From: Trueperaceae bacterium
GTDB lineage: Bacteria > Deinococcota > Deinococci > Deinococcales > Trueperaceae
DNA: 64,000 nucleotides
Direction: 5' to 3'
Assembly (NCBI GenBank): GCA_034521815.1
Contig: JAXHLW010000012.1
Coordinates: 1 to 64,000, forward strand
Made by a program: the position numbers and the translations under genes. The notes beneath the pieces are model-generated. The model worked only from the letters and a program-made list of their open reading frames with translations. It made no database searches and was not told where the DNA came from. Shown here in pieces: positions 19,801 through 32,967 of the stretch (position 1 is its first letter; each line of letters opens with the position of its first letter).

Positions 19801-22304
19801 CGTGCCCGAGGACGATGGCGCGGGCACGGCGCTCGTCACGGTGCTCTCGGACCGGGTGGTCGACACGCGGCTGGTGCCGGTGGAGGGCGTGACCGTCGTC
19901 GAGCTGCCGGTGACCGAGGCGTGGGGCGTAGGCGCCTACGTCACCGCCAGTCTGATCCGCCCCAGCGACGGCCCGGACCACATGCCCGCGCGCAGCCTCG
20001 GGGTGGCGCACGCGGCGATCGCGCCCGGCGATCGCGCCCTACGCACGCAGTTGAACGCCCCCGCCGAGGCGCGCCCGCGCGAGCGGCTGGAGCTGACCCT
20101 GGAGCTTCCCGACGCGGGCGACGGTCCCGCCTACGCCACCGTCGCCGCGGTCGACCTCGGGGCGCTGACCCTGACCGGGTTCGCCTCGCCCGACCCGAGC
20201 GAGCACTTCTTCGGGCAGCGGCGCCTGGGCGTCGCGATCCGCGACCTGTACGGCCGGCTGATCGACGCGCGGCAAGGCGCGATGGGCGAGGTGCGTTCCG
20301 GTGGCGGGCTCGACGACGAGGCGATCGCCGCACGACGGACCGGTCCCGGCCGAGGACGTGCTGGCCCTGTTCAGCGGTCCGGTCGAGGTGGTGGACGGCC
20401 GCGCCGAGGTCGGCTTCGACCTTCCCGCGTTCAACGGCACCGTGCGCGTCATGGCGGTCGCCTGGACCGACCGGGCGGTCGGGCAGGCCCAGGCGGACGT
20501 GCTGGTGCGCGACCCGGTGGTGGTGCAGCCCAGCCTGCCACGCTTCATGACGCCGGGCGACGCGAGCCGGCTGCGGCTGGAGCTGACCCACGTCACCGGC
20601 TCCGCCGGCGAAATGGCGCTGGCGGCCCACGGCCACGGTCTGGGCGAGGGCCCATTCAGCGTCGCGCTGGGCGAGGGCGAGCGCGTGGTGCTGGACCTGC
20701 CGCTGCGCCCCAGCGAGGTGGGCGACCACGACCTTGTGGTCGAGCTGACCACGCCCGACGGCCGGGTACTGAGGCGCGAGCTGCGCCTGAGCGTCCGGCA
20801 CACCGATCCCGAGATCGCAAGATCGTCGCAGCTCGTGCTGGCGCCGGGCGAGAGCTTCCGCGTGGACGACGCAGCGCTGGCCGGCTTCCGGCCGGGTAGC
20901 GCACGGGCGACGCTGGTCGCCGGTGCGGGCGCCGCGCTGGATCTGCCGGGCCTCGTGCAGCGCCTGATCGGCTACCCCTACGGCTGCAGCGAGCAGATCG
21001 CCTCGAGCCTCCAGCCGCTGCTGCTGGCGCCTCGGCGGGTGGCGGAGCTGGGCCTGGCGACCGAGGCCGAGGCGCGCGAGCGGCTCCAGCAGGGTGTCGA
21101 CCGACTCCTCACGCGGCAGGGGCGCACCGGCGCCTTCGGGGCCTGGAGCGCCGGCGGGAGCGACCTGTGGCTCGACGCCTACGTCACCGACGTGTTGCTG
21201 CGCGCCGAGGCGCAGGGCGCCGACCTGCCGGCGCACGCGCTGCCGATGGCGCTGAACAATCTGCGCAACCAGGCGGCGCGGGCGGGGTCGCTGCGCGACG
21301 GCGCGGCGGGCTACGCCTACGCCTTCTACGTCTTGGCGCGCGCGGGCGAGGCCGCGATCGGCGACCTGCGCTACTACGCCGACACGCTGGCCGATCGGTT
21401 CGACACGCCGTTGGCGGCGGCGCAGCTGGGCGCCGCCCTGGCGGCCTACGGCGAGCAGGCACGCGCCGACGCGCTTTTCGCCCGGGCGCACGAGCTGGCG
21501 CTCGCGGGGCACGACCCGGATGGCTGGCGTGACGACTACGGAACCGCGTTCCGAGACCGTGCCGGCGTGCTGGCGCTCGCGGTCGAGGCCGGCAGCGGCG
21601 TCGTCGATCGCCTGCAGCTCGCGAGCCTGCTGACCCGGCGCGCCCCGGCGCACCACCTTTCGACCCAGGAGGCCGCCTGGGCGTTGCGGGCGGCCGTCGC
21701 GATGGGCGCCGAGGGCCAGGGGCTGCGCCTCGACGGCCAACCGGTGCGCGGCGACGTCGTGCGGTCGTTCGGCGGCGCGCCCGCGACCGTACGAAACGGC
21801 GGGGACGCCGCCGTGACGGTGACCGTCACCACCTTCGGCGTTCCCGACGAGGCGCCACCGGCCGGCGGCGTGGGCTACACGATCCGCAGGCGCCACTACG
21901 ACCTCGACGGGGACGAGGCCGATCTGAGCGCGGTGCGGGCCGGCGACCGGCTGGTCGTCGCGCTCGAGGTGCATCCCGACCGCGGGGTGGCCGGCGGGCG
22001 GCTGCTGATCGACGACGCGCTGCCCGCGGGCTTCGAGATCGACAACGCCAACCTGCTGCGGGAAGGCGACGTGCGCGCGCTGGACTGGCTCGCCGTGAAC
22101 GTCGAGGCCGAGATGACCGAGGCGCGCTCGGACCGCTTCCTGGCGGCGGTGGACTGGACCTCCGAGCGGTCGCTTCGGCTGGCGTACGTCGTGCGCGCCG
22201 TCTCGCCGGGCGACTTCCACTACCCGGCGGCGACGGTCGAGGACATGTACCGCCCCACCCACCGCGCGGTCGGTGCGACGGGCCGCGTGACCATCGGCCC
22301 GTGA
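16823..22304 (+). CDS. yfhM: Bacterial alpha-2-macroglobulin with N-terminal PAN/Apple domain, copy 1 (frameshifts near 17985, 18385, 19765, 20327)
   Basis: TDRGVYRPGE, VEDFVPER, FNGTVRVMAVAW, thioester YPYGCSEQ, DALPAGFEI, VEDMY.P. Confidence 0.9.
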
Positions 22305-24380
22305 GACGGCGGACCGCGGGCGGCGGCGGGCGTTGCGGGCGTCGCTCGCGGTGCGCGCGAGACGCGGCGTCGGGGCGGTGCTGGCGCTCGTGCTCGTCCT
22401 CGTGCTGGCTCTGGGACTCGGCGCCTGGCGCTGGGTGGCGACGACCGAGCTGCCGCCGCTGGCGGTGGAAACCTCGGTCGAGGTGCTGGCCGCCGACGGC
22501 CGGCTGCTGCGCGCGTTCACCGTGGCGGACGGGCGCTGGCGGCTGGCGGTGGCGCCTGAGCAGGTGGACCCCGGGCTACCTGGCGATGCTGATCGCGTAC
22601 GAGGACCGGCGCTTCTACCGTCACCACGGGGTGGACCCGTGGGCGATGGTGCGCGCGCTCGGGCAGGCCGTGGTCAACGGGCGGGTCGTCTCGGGCGGAT
22701 CCACGCTCACGATGCAGGTGGCGCGCCTGATCGAGGACGGCTCGACCGGCTCCTGGCCCGGCAAGCTGCGGCAGATACGGCTGGCCCTGGCGCTGGAACG
22801 CCTCTTGTCGAAGGACGAGATCCTGTCTCTCTACCTGCACCTCGCGCCGATGGGGGGCAACCTGGAGGGCGTGCGGGCGGGCAGCCGCGCCTGGTTCGGC
22901 AAGGAGCCCGGCCGCCTCACCGAGGCGGAGGCCGCGCTGCTCGTCGCTCTGCCGCAGGCACCCGCCCTGCGCCGGCCCGACGACCATCCCGAGGAGGCGC
23001 GGGCCGCGCGCGACCGGGTGCTGGCGCGGGCCGCGGCGGCGGGCGCGATCGACGCGGACGCCGCCCGCGCGGCGATGCGGGAGGCGCTACCCGATGCCCG
23101 CCGTCCGTTCCCCGCCCACGCGCCGCACCTGGCGGACCGGCTTCGCGCTGCCGAGCCAGGCCGGCAGGTCCACCGCACGACCGTCGATGCCGACCTGCAG
23201 GCCGCGCTGGAGGCGCTGGCGCACGACGCGCTACGGGAGCTGCCGCGCCAGGCGACGCTGGCGCTGCAGGTCGCGGACCTGGAAAGCGGCCGGATCGTGG
23301 CCAGCGTCGGCTCGGCCGACTACACCAGCGACGCGCGTCGCGGGTACGTCGACATGACCCGGGCGCTGCGCTCGCCCGGCTCGACGCTGAAGCCCCTGAT
23401 CTACGGCCTGGCGTTCGCCGGCGGCATGGCGCACCCGGAGACCCTGCTGAACGATCGGCCCGCCGACTACGCCGGCTACGCGCCGCAGAACTTCGACCAC
23501 GCCTTCCGCGGGCCCGTCAGCGCACGCGAGGCGCTGCAGGCCTCGCTGAACCTGCCCGTCGTCGAGCTGACGCACGCGCTGGGACCGGCGCGGGTGATGG
23601 CGGCGCTGCGGCAGGCGGGCGTCCACGCCGAGGTGCCCGGCGACGTTCCGGGCCTGGCGATCGCCCTCGGCGGCATCGGCGTCAGCCTCGAGGGGCTGGT
23701 GCAGCTCTACGCGGCGATCGCGCGCGGCGGCGAGGCCGTGGCGCTCTCGGCCCGTGAGGACGCGACGCCGACGACGCGCGCGCGGGTGCTCACGCCCGAC
23801 GCCGCCTGGCACGTGTCCGACATCCTGGCCGGCGCAGCGCGCGCCGCGTCGTTGCCGGACTGGCCGCTGGCCGTCAAGACGGGCACCTCCAGCGGGTACC
23901 GCGACGCCTGGGCGATGGGGTTCGATGGCGCCCACGTGGCCGGGGTGTGGGTCGGGCGCGCCGACGGCACGCCGGTCCCGGGCATGGTCGGGGCCACCGC
24001 GGCGGCCCCGCTGCTGTTCGAGGTCTTCTCGCGCCTGGGGCCTCGGCCCGAGCCGCTGCCGCCGGCCCCGCCGCGCACGCTGATGGTGGCTTCCACCGCC
24101 GAGCTTCCCGCGCCGCTCCAGCGGTTCGGGACGCGGCAGGGAGAGGCCGACGATGCACCGCAGCTCGCGTTTCCGCCCGACGGCGCGACGCTGGCGCCGC
24201 TGGCGGGCGGCATCCCGGCACGGGTGGAGCGCGGCCTGCCGCCGTTCGCCTGGTTCGTCGACGGTGCGCCGCTGGCGGTCCGGAGCTTCGAGCGCGAGCT
24301 GCGCCTCGCGGTGGAGGGGCCGGGGTTCGTGACGCTCTCGGTCGTGGACGCCGAGGGCCAGGCGGCGCGGGCGCGGGTCG
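22301..24380 (+). CDS. pbpC: Penicillin-binding protein 1C, copy 1 (frameshifted; last codons and stop lost at the duplication junction)
   Basis: EDRRFY.HHGVD, GGSTLTMQVAR, GSTLKP, SLN, KTGT. Confidence 0.88.
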
Positions 24381-24432
24381 TGCCGAAGCGCCGTGCTAGC
24401 GTTGCGGTCGAGCCTGAGGACGGGAGGCTGCC

Positions 24433-27400
24433 ATGTCGACGTCGAGCCGCCGAACGTTTCGTGTCGAACGCTACCCACGGGCAGGCACCGCGACCACGGT
24501 CGGGGTGGGCGGAGGGCTCCGCCTCGGGCGCCTCGCGGCACTGGTGGCGTGGCGCTGGCGGCGGCGTGCTGCGATCCCCGTCGCATCGGCACAGGACGCC
24601 CCCATCCCCGAGCGCTTCGCGACCACGAGCAGCGACACCGACTACCCCGGCGGCGACCTGACGCCGCTGTTCAACGTGTCCCTGGAGCAGTGTCACGGCA
24701 CCTGTCTGCGGCTGGAGGATTGCGCGGGCTTCACCTTCGATCAGCGGAACGGCGCCTGTTTCCCGAAGGCCGTCGTGGGCGATCCGGTCGCGTTCGAGGG
24801 GGCGCTGTCGGGCGTGATCACGCGCCGGGACGAGGTCGCGCTGGAGCGCGCCCGCGAGGTCGCGGCCCGGCTGGATTTCCTCGAGTCGGACGACGTGGGC
24901 GCCGCTCGCGAGCAGGCGATCTCGATGGCTGAGCGCTACGCGGCGGGCGGGCGGTCCCAGGCAGAGCTATTGGAGGCCGCGCGGCGCGCGCCCAGCGAGG
25001 CTGTCACCTGGACCGGTGCGGCCGTGACGGTCGCCGACGACGGGGCGGCCTGGCTCGCGCACGCGCGCGCCCTGGTCGCGGAGGCGGGCCGCGACGCGAA
25101 CCGCCGCTACGAGCTCGACCGTCAGGCGGTGAGCGCGGCGCTCAACGCCGTCCTGCGCCTGCCGGAGCCGGAGCGTGCCCAGGCGCTGGTGGTCCTGGCG
25201 CATGCGCTCGAAGAGACCTATCGCGGCGAGGCCGCCCTGGGCGCGCTGCGGCTGGCCGATGGCATGCGGCCGGGCATCGCCGCAGGCGACCTCGCCCGCC
25301 TGCGGGAGCGTTTCGGCTTCCGCGTGCTGGGCCACGACGTGGACGCCAGCAGCGCCGCGCCGCGCATCTGCGTGAGCTTTTCCGAGCAGCTGTCGCCGCG
25401 GCGCGACTACGCGCCGTTCGTGGGGCGTGACGTGCAGGGGCTCGCGCTGGAGGTCGAGGGACAGGAGCTCTGCGTCACGGGCGTCGCCTACGGCGAGAGC
25501 TACCGGCTGACGTTGCGTGCCGGGCTTCCGAGCGCCGGTGGTGACGCGTTGACGGGCGACGTGCCGGTCGAGGTCTACGTTCGCGACCGGGCTCCGGTTG
25601 TGCGTTTCCCGGGCCGCGCCTACGTATTGCCTGCCTCCGGGCCGCGCGCGCTTCCGATCGAGACGGTGAACGCCGACCGGCTGGAGCTGCGGCTGCTGCG
25701 GGTGTCGGACCGCAACCTCGCCACCGCCGTCCGCGACGGTAGCTTCGCCGAGGCCCTGAGCACCTGGGAGGGCGAGCGGTTCGAGGAGCTGCTGGCCGAG
25801 CCGGTCTGGCAGGGCGAGGCGCAGCTCGAGGGGACGCTGAACCAGTCCACCCCGTCGCGCCTTCCGCTCGACGAGGTCGGCGAGCTCGAGCCCGGCGTGT
25901 ACGTGCTGCGCGCCGTCGTTCCCGACACCGACCCGTTCGACGTCGCGCCGGCCACGCAGTGGTTCATGGTGTCCGACCTCGGCGTCACCACGCTGGCAGG
26001 GCACCGACGGGCTGCACGTCGTCGTGCAGCGCCTGTCCGACGGCCTGCCGGCGGACGGCCTGCAGGTCACGCTTCTGGCGCGCTCCAACCGCGTCCTCGC
26101 CGACGCGCGGACCGACCCCCAGGGTCACGTCCGCTTCGCGGCGGCGCTCACTCGGGGCGTCGGCGCGGCGGCTCCTGCGCTGGTGCTGGTCGAGGGCGAA
26201 GGCGACATGGCGGCGCTGTCGCTGGAGGAGCCCGAGTTCGACCTGTCGGACCGCGGCGTGTCGGGGCGCGAGGCCCCCGGTCCCATCGACCTGTTCCTCA
26301 CCACCGACCGCGGCGTCTACCGGCCCGGCGAGACGATCCACATAACCGCCCTGGCCCGCGACCCACAGGCACGCGCCCTGCCTGGCCTGCCGCTCACGGC
26401 GCGGCTGCTGCGGCCCGACGGCATCGAGGTCGCCCGCGTCGTGTCCCGTGATGCGCTCGCCGGTGGGCACGTCATCGCGCTTCCGCTGGGCAGCGATGTT
26501 CCGCGTGGCGTCTGGAGGGTCGAGATGCTGGTCGACCCGGACGCCCCTCCGCTGGCCACCCGTACCGTGCTGGTCGAGGACTTCGTGCCGGAACGCATCG
26601 ACGTCGAGTTGTCTCTGAGCGAGGACGGGCCGGTCGATCTCGCGTCTCCGCCCCGCCTGCGGGTCGAGGCGCGGCACGCGTTCGGACCGCCCGCGGCGAG
26701 GCTGCCGCTGTCGGGCAGCGTCACCGTGAGCCCAACGACCGAGCTCGCGGACTGGCCCGGCTTCCGGTTCGGCCGCTTCGATCAGGAACTGGAGCCCCAG
26801 CGGCACGTGTTCGAGGCCGGCGCGCAGACCGACGACGACGGCCGGCTGGCCGCGCGCCTGCCCCTGGACCGCCTCGACCTCGAGGCGCGCCCCTACACCG
26901 TGACGGTGAACGCGACGTTGACCGACGGGTCGTCGCGTCCGGTGGAGCGAAGCCTCACCCGCGCGCTGCGTCCGACCGGAACGGTCGTCGGCATCCGCCC
27001 GGAGTTCGACGGCGCGCTGCCCGAGAACGCCGAGGCCGGCTTCCAGCTCGTCCTGGTCGACCCGGACGGGGATGCGGTGAGCGGAGAGCTGCGCTGGCAG
27101 GTCGATCGTGTCGAGACCCGCTACCAGTGGTTCGCCCAGGGCGGGCGCTGGTTCTGGGAGCCCGTGAGCGAACGCCGGCGGGTCGGCGAAGGCGTCGTGG
27201 CGGCGGACGACGGCCCGGCCCGCATCGCCGTCCCCGTCGCCTGGGGCCGGCACGAGCTGCGCGTCACCTACGAGGGCGTGACGTACGCCAGCGCCTCGCT
27301 GGCGTTCACGGCGGGCTGGTACGCCCCCGCCACCACGCGCGAGACCCCGGAGACCCTGGAGCTGTCGCTCGACGCCGCGTCCTACGCGCCCGGCGAGGTG

Positions 27401-29913
27401 GCGCGGCTGCGCATCGTGCCCGAGGGCGCGGGAACGGCGCTCGTCACGGTGCTGTCGGACCGCGTGGTCGACACGCGGCTGGTGCCGGTCGAGGGCGTGA
27501 CCGTCGTCGAGCTGCCGGTGACCGAGGCGTGGGGCGTAGGCGCCTACGTCACCGCCAGTCTGATCCGCCCCAGCGACGGTCCGGAGCATATGCCCGCGCG
27601 CAGTCTCGGGGTGGCGCACGCGGCGATCGCGCCCGGCGATCGCGCGCTGCGCACGCAGTGCTGAACGCCCCCGCCGAGGCGCGCCCGCGCGAGCGGCTGG
27701 AGCTGACCCTGGAGCTGCCCGACGCGGGCGACGGTCCCGCCTACGCCACCGTCGCCGCGGTCGACCTCGGGGCGCTGACCCTGACCGGGTTCGCCTCGCC
27801 CGACCCGAGCGAGCACTTCTTCGGGCAGCGGCGCCTGGGCGTCGCGATCCGCGACCTGTACGGCCGGCTGATCGACGCGCGGCAGGGCGCGATGGGCGAG
27901 GTGCGTTCCGGTGGTGGGCTCGACGACGAGGCGATCCCGCACGACGGACCGGTCCCGGCCGAGGACGTGCTGGCCCTGTTCAGCGGTCCGGTCGAGGTGG
28001 TGGACGGCCGCGCCGAGGTCGGGTTCGACCTTCCCGCGTTCAACGGCACCGTGCGCGTCATGGCGGTCGCCTGGACCGACCGGGCGGTCGGGCAGGCCCA
28101 GGCGGACGTGCTGGTGCGCGACCCGGTGGTGGTGCAGCCCAGCCTGCCACGCTTCATGACGCCGGGCGACGCGAGCCGGCTGCGGCTGGAGCTGACCCAC
28201 GTCACCGGCCAAGCCGGCGAGATGGCGCTGGCGGCCCACGGCCACGGTCTGGGCGAGGTGCCACCCAGCGTCGCGCTGGGCGAGGGCGAGCGCGTGGTGC
28301 TGGACCTGCCGCTGCGCCCCAGCGAGGTGGGCGACCACGACCTCGTGGTCGAGCTGACCACGCCCGACGGCCGGGTACTGAGGCGCGAGCTGCGCCTGAG
28401 CGTCCGGCACACCGATCCCGAGATCGCGAGGTCGTCGCAGTTCGTGCTGGCGCCGGGCGAGAGCTTCCGCGTGGACGACGCAGCGCTGGCCGGCTTCCGG
28501 CCGGGCAGCGCACGGGCGACGCTGGTCGCCGGCGCAGGCGCCGCGCTGGACCTGCCGGGCCTCGTGCAGCGCCTGATCGGCTACCCCTACGGCTGCAGCG
28601 AGCAGATCGCCTCGAGCCTCCAGCCGCTGCTGCTGGCGCCTCGGCGGGTGGCGGAGCTGGGCCTGGCGACCGAGGCGGAGGCGCGCGAGCGGCTCCAGCA
28701 GGGTGTCGACCGACTCCTCACGCGGCAGGGGCGCACCGGCGCCTTCGGGGCCTGGAGCGCCGGCGGAAGCGACCTGTGGCTCGACGCCTACGTCACCGAC
28801 GTGTTGCTGCGCGCCGAGGCGCAGGGCGCCGACCTGCCGGCGCACGCGCTGCCGATGGCGCTGGACAACCTCCGCAACCAGGCGGCGCGGGCGGGGTCGC
28901 TGCGCGACGGCGCGGCGGGCTACGCCTACGCCTTCTACGTCTTGGCGCGCGCGGGCGAGGCCGCGATCGGCGACCTGCGCTACTACGCCGACACGCTGGC
29001 CGATCGGTTCGACACGCCGTTGGCGGCGGCGCAGCTGGGCGCCGCCCTGGCGGCCTACGGCGAGCAGGCACGCGCCGACGCGCTTTTCGCCCGGGCGCAC
29101 GAGCTGGCGCTCGCGGGGCACGACCCGGGTGGCTGGCGTGACGACTACGGAACCGTGTTCCGAGACCGCGCCGGCGTGCTGGCGCTCGCGGTCGAGGCCG
29201 GCAGCGGCGTCGTCGATCGCCTGCAGCTCGCGAGCCTGCTGACCCGGCGCGCCCCGGCGCACCACCTTTCGACCCAGGAGGCCGCCTGGGCGTTGCGGGC
29301 GGCCGTCGCGATGGGCGCCGAGGGCCAGGGGCTGCGCCTCGACGGCCAACCGGTGAGCGGCGACGTCGTGCGGTCGTTCGACGGCGCGCCCGCGACCGTA
29401 CGAAACGGCGGTGACGCCGCCGTGACGGTGACCGTCACCACCTTCGGCGTTCCCGACGAGGCGCCACCGGCCGGCGGCGTGGGCTACACGATCCGCAGGC
29501 GCCACTACGACCTCGACGGGGACGAGGCCGATCTGAGCGCGGTGCGGGCCGGCGACCGGCTGGTCGTCGCGCTCGAGGTGCATCCCGACCGCGGGGTGGC
29601 CGGCGGGCGGCTGCTGATCGACGACGCGCTGCCCGCGGGCTTCGAGATCGACAACGCCAACCTGCTGCGGGAAGGCGACGTGCGCGCGCTGGACTGGCTC
29701 GCCGTGAACGTCGAGGCCGAGATGACCGAGGCGCGCTCGGACCGCTTCCTGGCGGCGGTGGACTGGACCTCCGAGCGGTCGCTGCGGCTGGCGTACGTCG
29801 TGCGTGCGGTCTCGCCGGGCGACTTCCACTACCCGGCGCCGGCCGTCGAGGACATGTACCGCCCCACCCACCGCGCGGTCGGTGCGACGGGCCGCGTGAC
29901 CATCGGCCCGTGA
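24433..29913 (+). CDS. yfhM: Alpha-2-macroglobulin, copy 2 (frameshifts near 26000 and 27660)
   Basis: Same motifs as copy 1, including YPYGCSEQ. Confidence 0.9.
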
Positions 29914-31998
29914 GACGGCGGCCGCGGGCGGGGCGGGCGTTGCGGGCGTCGCTCGCGGTGCGCGCGAGACGCGGCGTCGGGGCGGTGCTGGCGCTCGCGC
30001 TCGTCCTCGTGCTGGCTCTAGGACTGGGCGTCTGGCGCTGGGTGGCGACGACCGAGCTGCCGCCGCTGTCGCTGGAGACCTCGGTCGAGGTGCTGGCCGC
30101 CGACGGCCGGCTGCTGCGCGCGTTCACCGTGGCGGACGGGCGCTGGCGGCTGGCGGCTTCGCCTGAGCAGGTGGACCCCCTCTACCTGGCGATGCTGATC
30201 GCGTACGAGGACCGGCGCTTCTACCGTCACCACGGGGTGGACCCGTGGGCGATGGTGCGCGCGGTCGGGCAGGCCGTGGCCAACGGCCGGGTCGTCTCGG
30301 GCGGATCCACGCTCACGATGCAGGTGGCGCGCCTGATCGAGGACGGCTCGACCGGCTCCTGGCGCGGCAAGCTGCGGCAGATACGGCTGGCCCTGGCGCT
30401 GGAACGCCTCTTGCCGAAGGACGAGATCCTGTCCCTCTACCTGCACCTCGCGCCGATGGGGGGCAACCTGGAGGGCGTGCGGGCGGGCAGCCGCGCCTGG
30501 TTCGGCAAGGAGCCCGGCCGCCTCACCGAGGCGGAGGCCGCGCTGCTCGTCGCTCTGCCGCAGGCGCCCGCCCTGCGCCGTCCCGACGACCATCCCGAGG
30601 AGGCGCGGGCTGCGCGCGACCGGGTGCTGGCGCGGGCCGCGGCGGCGGGCGCGATCGACGCGGACGCCGCCCGCGCGGCGATGCGGGAGGCGCTACCCGA
30701 TGCCCGCCGTCCGTTCCCCGCCCACGCGCCGCACCTGGCGGACCGGTTCGCGCATGACCGAGCCAGGTCGGCAGGTACACCGAACGACTCTCGATGCCGA
30801 CCTGCAGGCCGCTCTGGAGGCCCTGGCGCAGGACGCGGTGCACGAGCTGCCGCGCCAGGCGACGCTGGCGCTGCTGGTCGCCGACCTGGACAGCGGCCGG
30901 ATCGTGGCCAGCGTCGGCTCGGCCGACTACACCAGCGACGCGCGTCGCGGGTACGTCGACATGACCCGGGCGCTGCGCTCGCCCGGCTCGACGCTGAAGC
31001 CCCTGATCTACGGCCTGGCGTTCGCCGGCGGCATGGCGCACCCGGAGACCCTGCTGAACGATCGGCCCGCCGACTACGCCGGCTACGCGCCGCAGAACTT
31101 CGACAACGCCTTCCGCGGGCCTGTCAGCGCGCGCGAGGCGCTGCAGGCCTCGCTGAACCTGCCCGTCGTCGAGCTGACGCACGCGCTGGGACCGGCGCGG
31201 GTGATGGCGGCGCTGCGGCAGGCGGGCGTCCACGCCGAGGTGCCCGGCGACGTTCCGGGCCTGGCGATCGCCCTCGGCGGCATCGGCGTCAGCCTCGAGG
31301 GGCTGGTGCAGCTCTACGCGGCGATCGCACGCGGTGGCGAGGCCGTGGCGCTCTCGGCCCGGCAGGACGCGGCGCCGACGACGCGCGCGCGCGTGCTCAC
31401 GCCCGACGCCGCCTGGCACGTGTCCGACATCCTCGCTGGCGCAGCGCGCGCCGCGTCGTTGCCGGACTGGCCGCTGGCCGTCAAGACGGGCACCTCCAGC
31501 GGGTACCGCGACGCCTGGGCGATGGGGTTCGATGGCGCCCACGTGGCCGGGGTGTGGGTCGGGCGCGCCGACGGCACGCCGGTCCCGGGCATGGTCGGGG
31601 CCACCGCGGCGGCCCCGCTGCTGTTCGAGGTCTTCTCGCGCCTGGGGCCTCGGCCCGAGCCGCGTCCGCCGGCCCCGCCGCGCACGCTGATGGTGGCGTC
31701 CACCGCCGAGCTTCCCGCGCCGCTCCAGCGGTTCGGGACGCGGCAGCGAGAGGCCGACGATGCACCGCAGCTGGCGTTTCCGCCCGACGGCGCGACGCTG
31801 GCGCCGCTGGCGGGCGGCATCCCGGCACGCGTGGAGCGCGGCCTGCCGCCGTTCGCCTGGTTCGTCGACGGTGCGCCGCTGGCGGTCCGGAGCTTCGAGC
31901 GCGAGCTGCGCCTCGCGGTGGAGGGGCCGGGGTTCGTGACGCTCTCGGTCGTGGACGCCGAGGGCCAGGCGGCGCGGGCACGCGTCGAGCTGCGCTGA
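29910..31998 (+). CDS. pbpC: Penicillin-binding protein 1C, copy 2 (frameshift near 30750)
   Basis: Transglycosylase and transpeptidase motifs; intact C-terminus RARVELR*. Confidence 0.9.
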
Positions 31999-32035
31999 GC
32001 GGGTCGCTCGCGGGCGTCGCCGCCGCCGGCTCGGA

Positions 32036-32800
32036 TCAGGCCAGGTCGGCGAGGATCTCTGCCGGCACCTGAGGGAGCGTTTCGAAGCCGGGCCGAGCGA
32101 AGTAGTACCCCTGGAACAGGTGCACGCCCATCTCTCGCAGGGCGCGAGCCTCGTCGCGGGTTTCGACGCCTTCGGCGATCACGTCGATGCCCAGCGCCTT
32201 GCAGGTGCCGAGCAGCCCGCCGACGATCGCTCGCTTGGTGGGGTCGGTGTCGATGTCGCGAACGAGGTGCATGTCGAGCTTGACCAGGTCGGGCTGAAAG
32301 TCGGCGAGCAGGCTCAGCCCGGCGTAGCCGGCACCGAAGTCGTCGATCGCGGTGGTGAAGCCTTGGCGCTTGTACGACTCGATGATCGTGCGCAGGTGGT
32401 CGCTGTCCGCTACCTTCTCGACCTCGGTGACTTCGAAGACGATGTCGTCGATCGGGAAGCCGGTTCGGCGTGCCGCCGCCAATGTCGTCTGGATGCACCG
32501 TTCGGGCTCATAGACGGCGTTGGGGAGGAAGTTGATGCTCAAGCGGTTTCCAAGACCGAGCGTGCTCGCGAGTTCGATGGCTCGAACTCGGCTGGTCTGA
32601 TCGAACGCGTACGGCTGGTCTCGGTCGACGCGCTCGAACACCCAGCCCGACGGCTCGCCGCTGGGGCCTCGAGCGAGCGCTTCGTACGCGTATACGGACC
32701 GGTCGGAGATGTCGACGATCGGCTGGAACGCCATGGAGAAGACGAACCCGAGGTCGGCACCGTCTTGGCATGCGGCGCATCGATCAGAGTCGGTCGTCAT
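32036..32800 (-). CDS. Stand-alone EAL c-di-GMP phosphodiesterase
   Basis: FQPI, YEALAR, SINF, FEVTE, IDDFGAGY, VKLD, AEGVE, FQGY. Confidence 0.92.
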   Translation of the reverse strand: MTTDSDRCAACQDGADLGFVFSMAFQPIVDISDRSVYAYEALARGPSGEPSGWVFERVDRDQPYAFDQTSRVRAIELASTLGLGNRLSINFLPNAVYEPERCIQTTLAAARRTGFPIDDIVFEVTEVEKVADSDHLRTIIESYKRQGFTTAIDDFGAGYAGLSLLADFQPDLVKLDMHLVRDIDTDPTKRAIVGGLLGTCKALGIDVIAEGVETRDEARALREMGVHLFQGYYFARPGFETLPQVPAEILADLA

Positions 32801-32967
32801 GCTGCACCCTTCCGTGCGGAATGCGGCGGAGGCGTACGTTCCTTGGGGGACGGGGACGCTCGAGCCGACGCTCGTCGCGGCCTCGGTGCGATTGAAACGT
32901 CGAATCCAGGACCCGTCCGCTCGAAGACAACGAGACTACCCACTTCGGCGGCGAAGTGTCATGCACG

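Larger units (their letters stand above)
16772..31987 (+). repeat. Tandem direct duplication with a unit of about 7.6 kb (junction near 24380)
   Basis: GTGCCGAAGCGCCGTGCTAGCG at 16772 and 24380; both units carry A2M plus pbpC. Confidence 0.92.

Noticed and set aside
20970-21000. CSEQ as a degenerate thioester motif
   Set aside because: It fits the bacterial CxEQ consensus and is intact in both copies
24361-24661. PbpC copy 1 C-terminal extension as a new domain
   Set aside because: It is read-through across the duplication junction into out-of-frame macroglobulin upstream sequence
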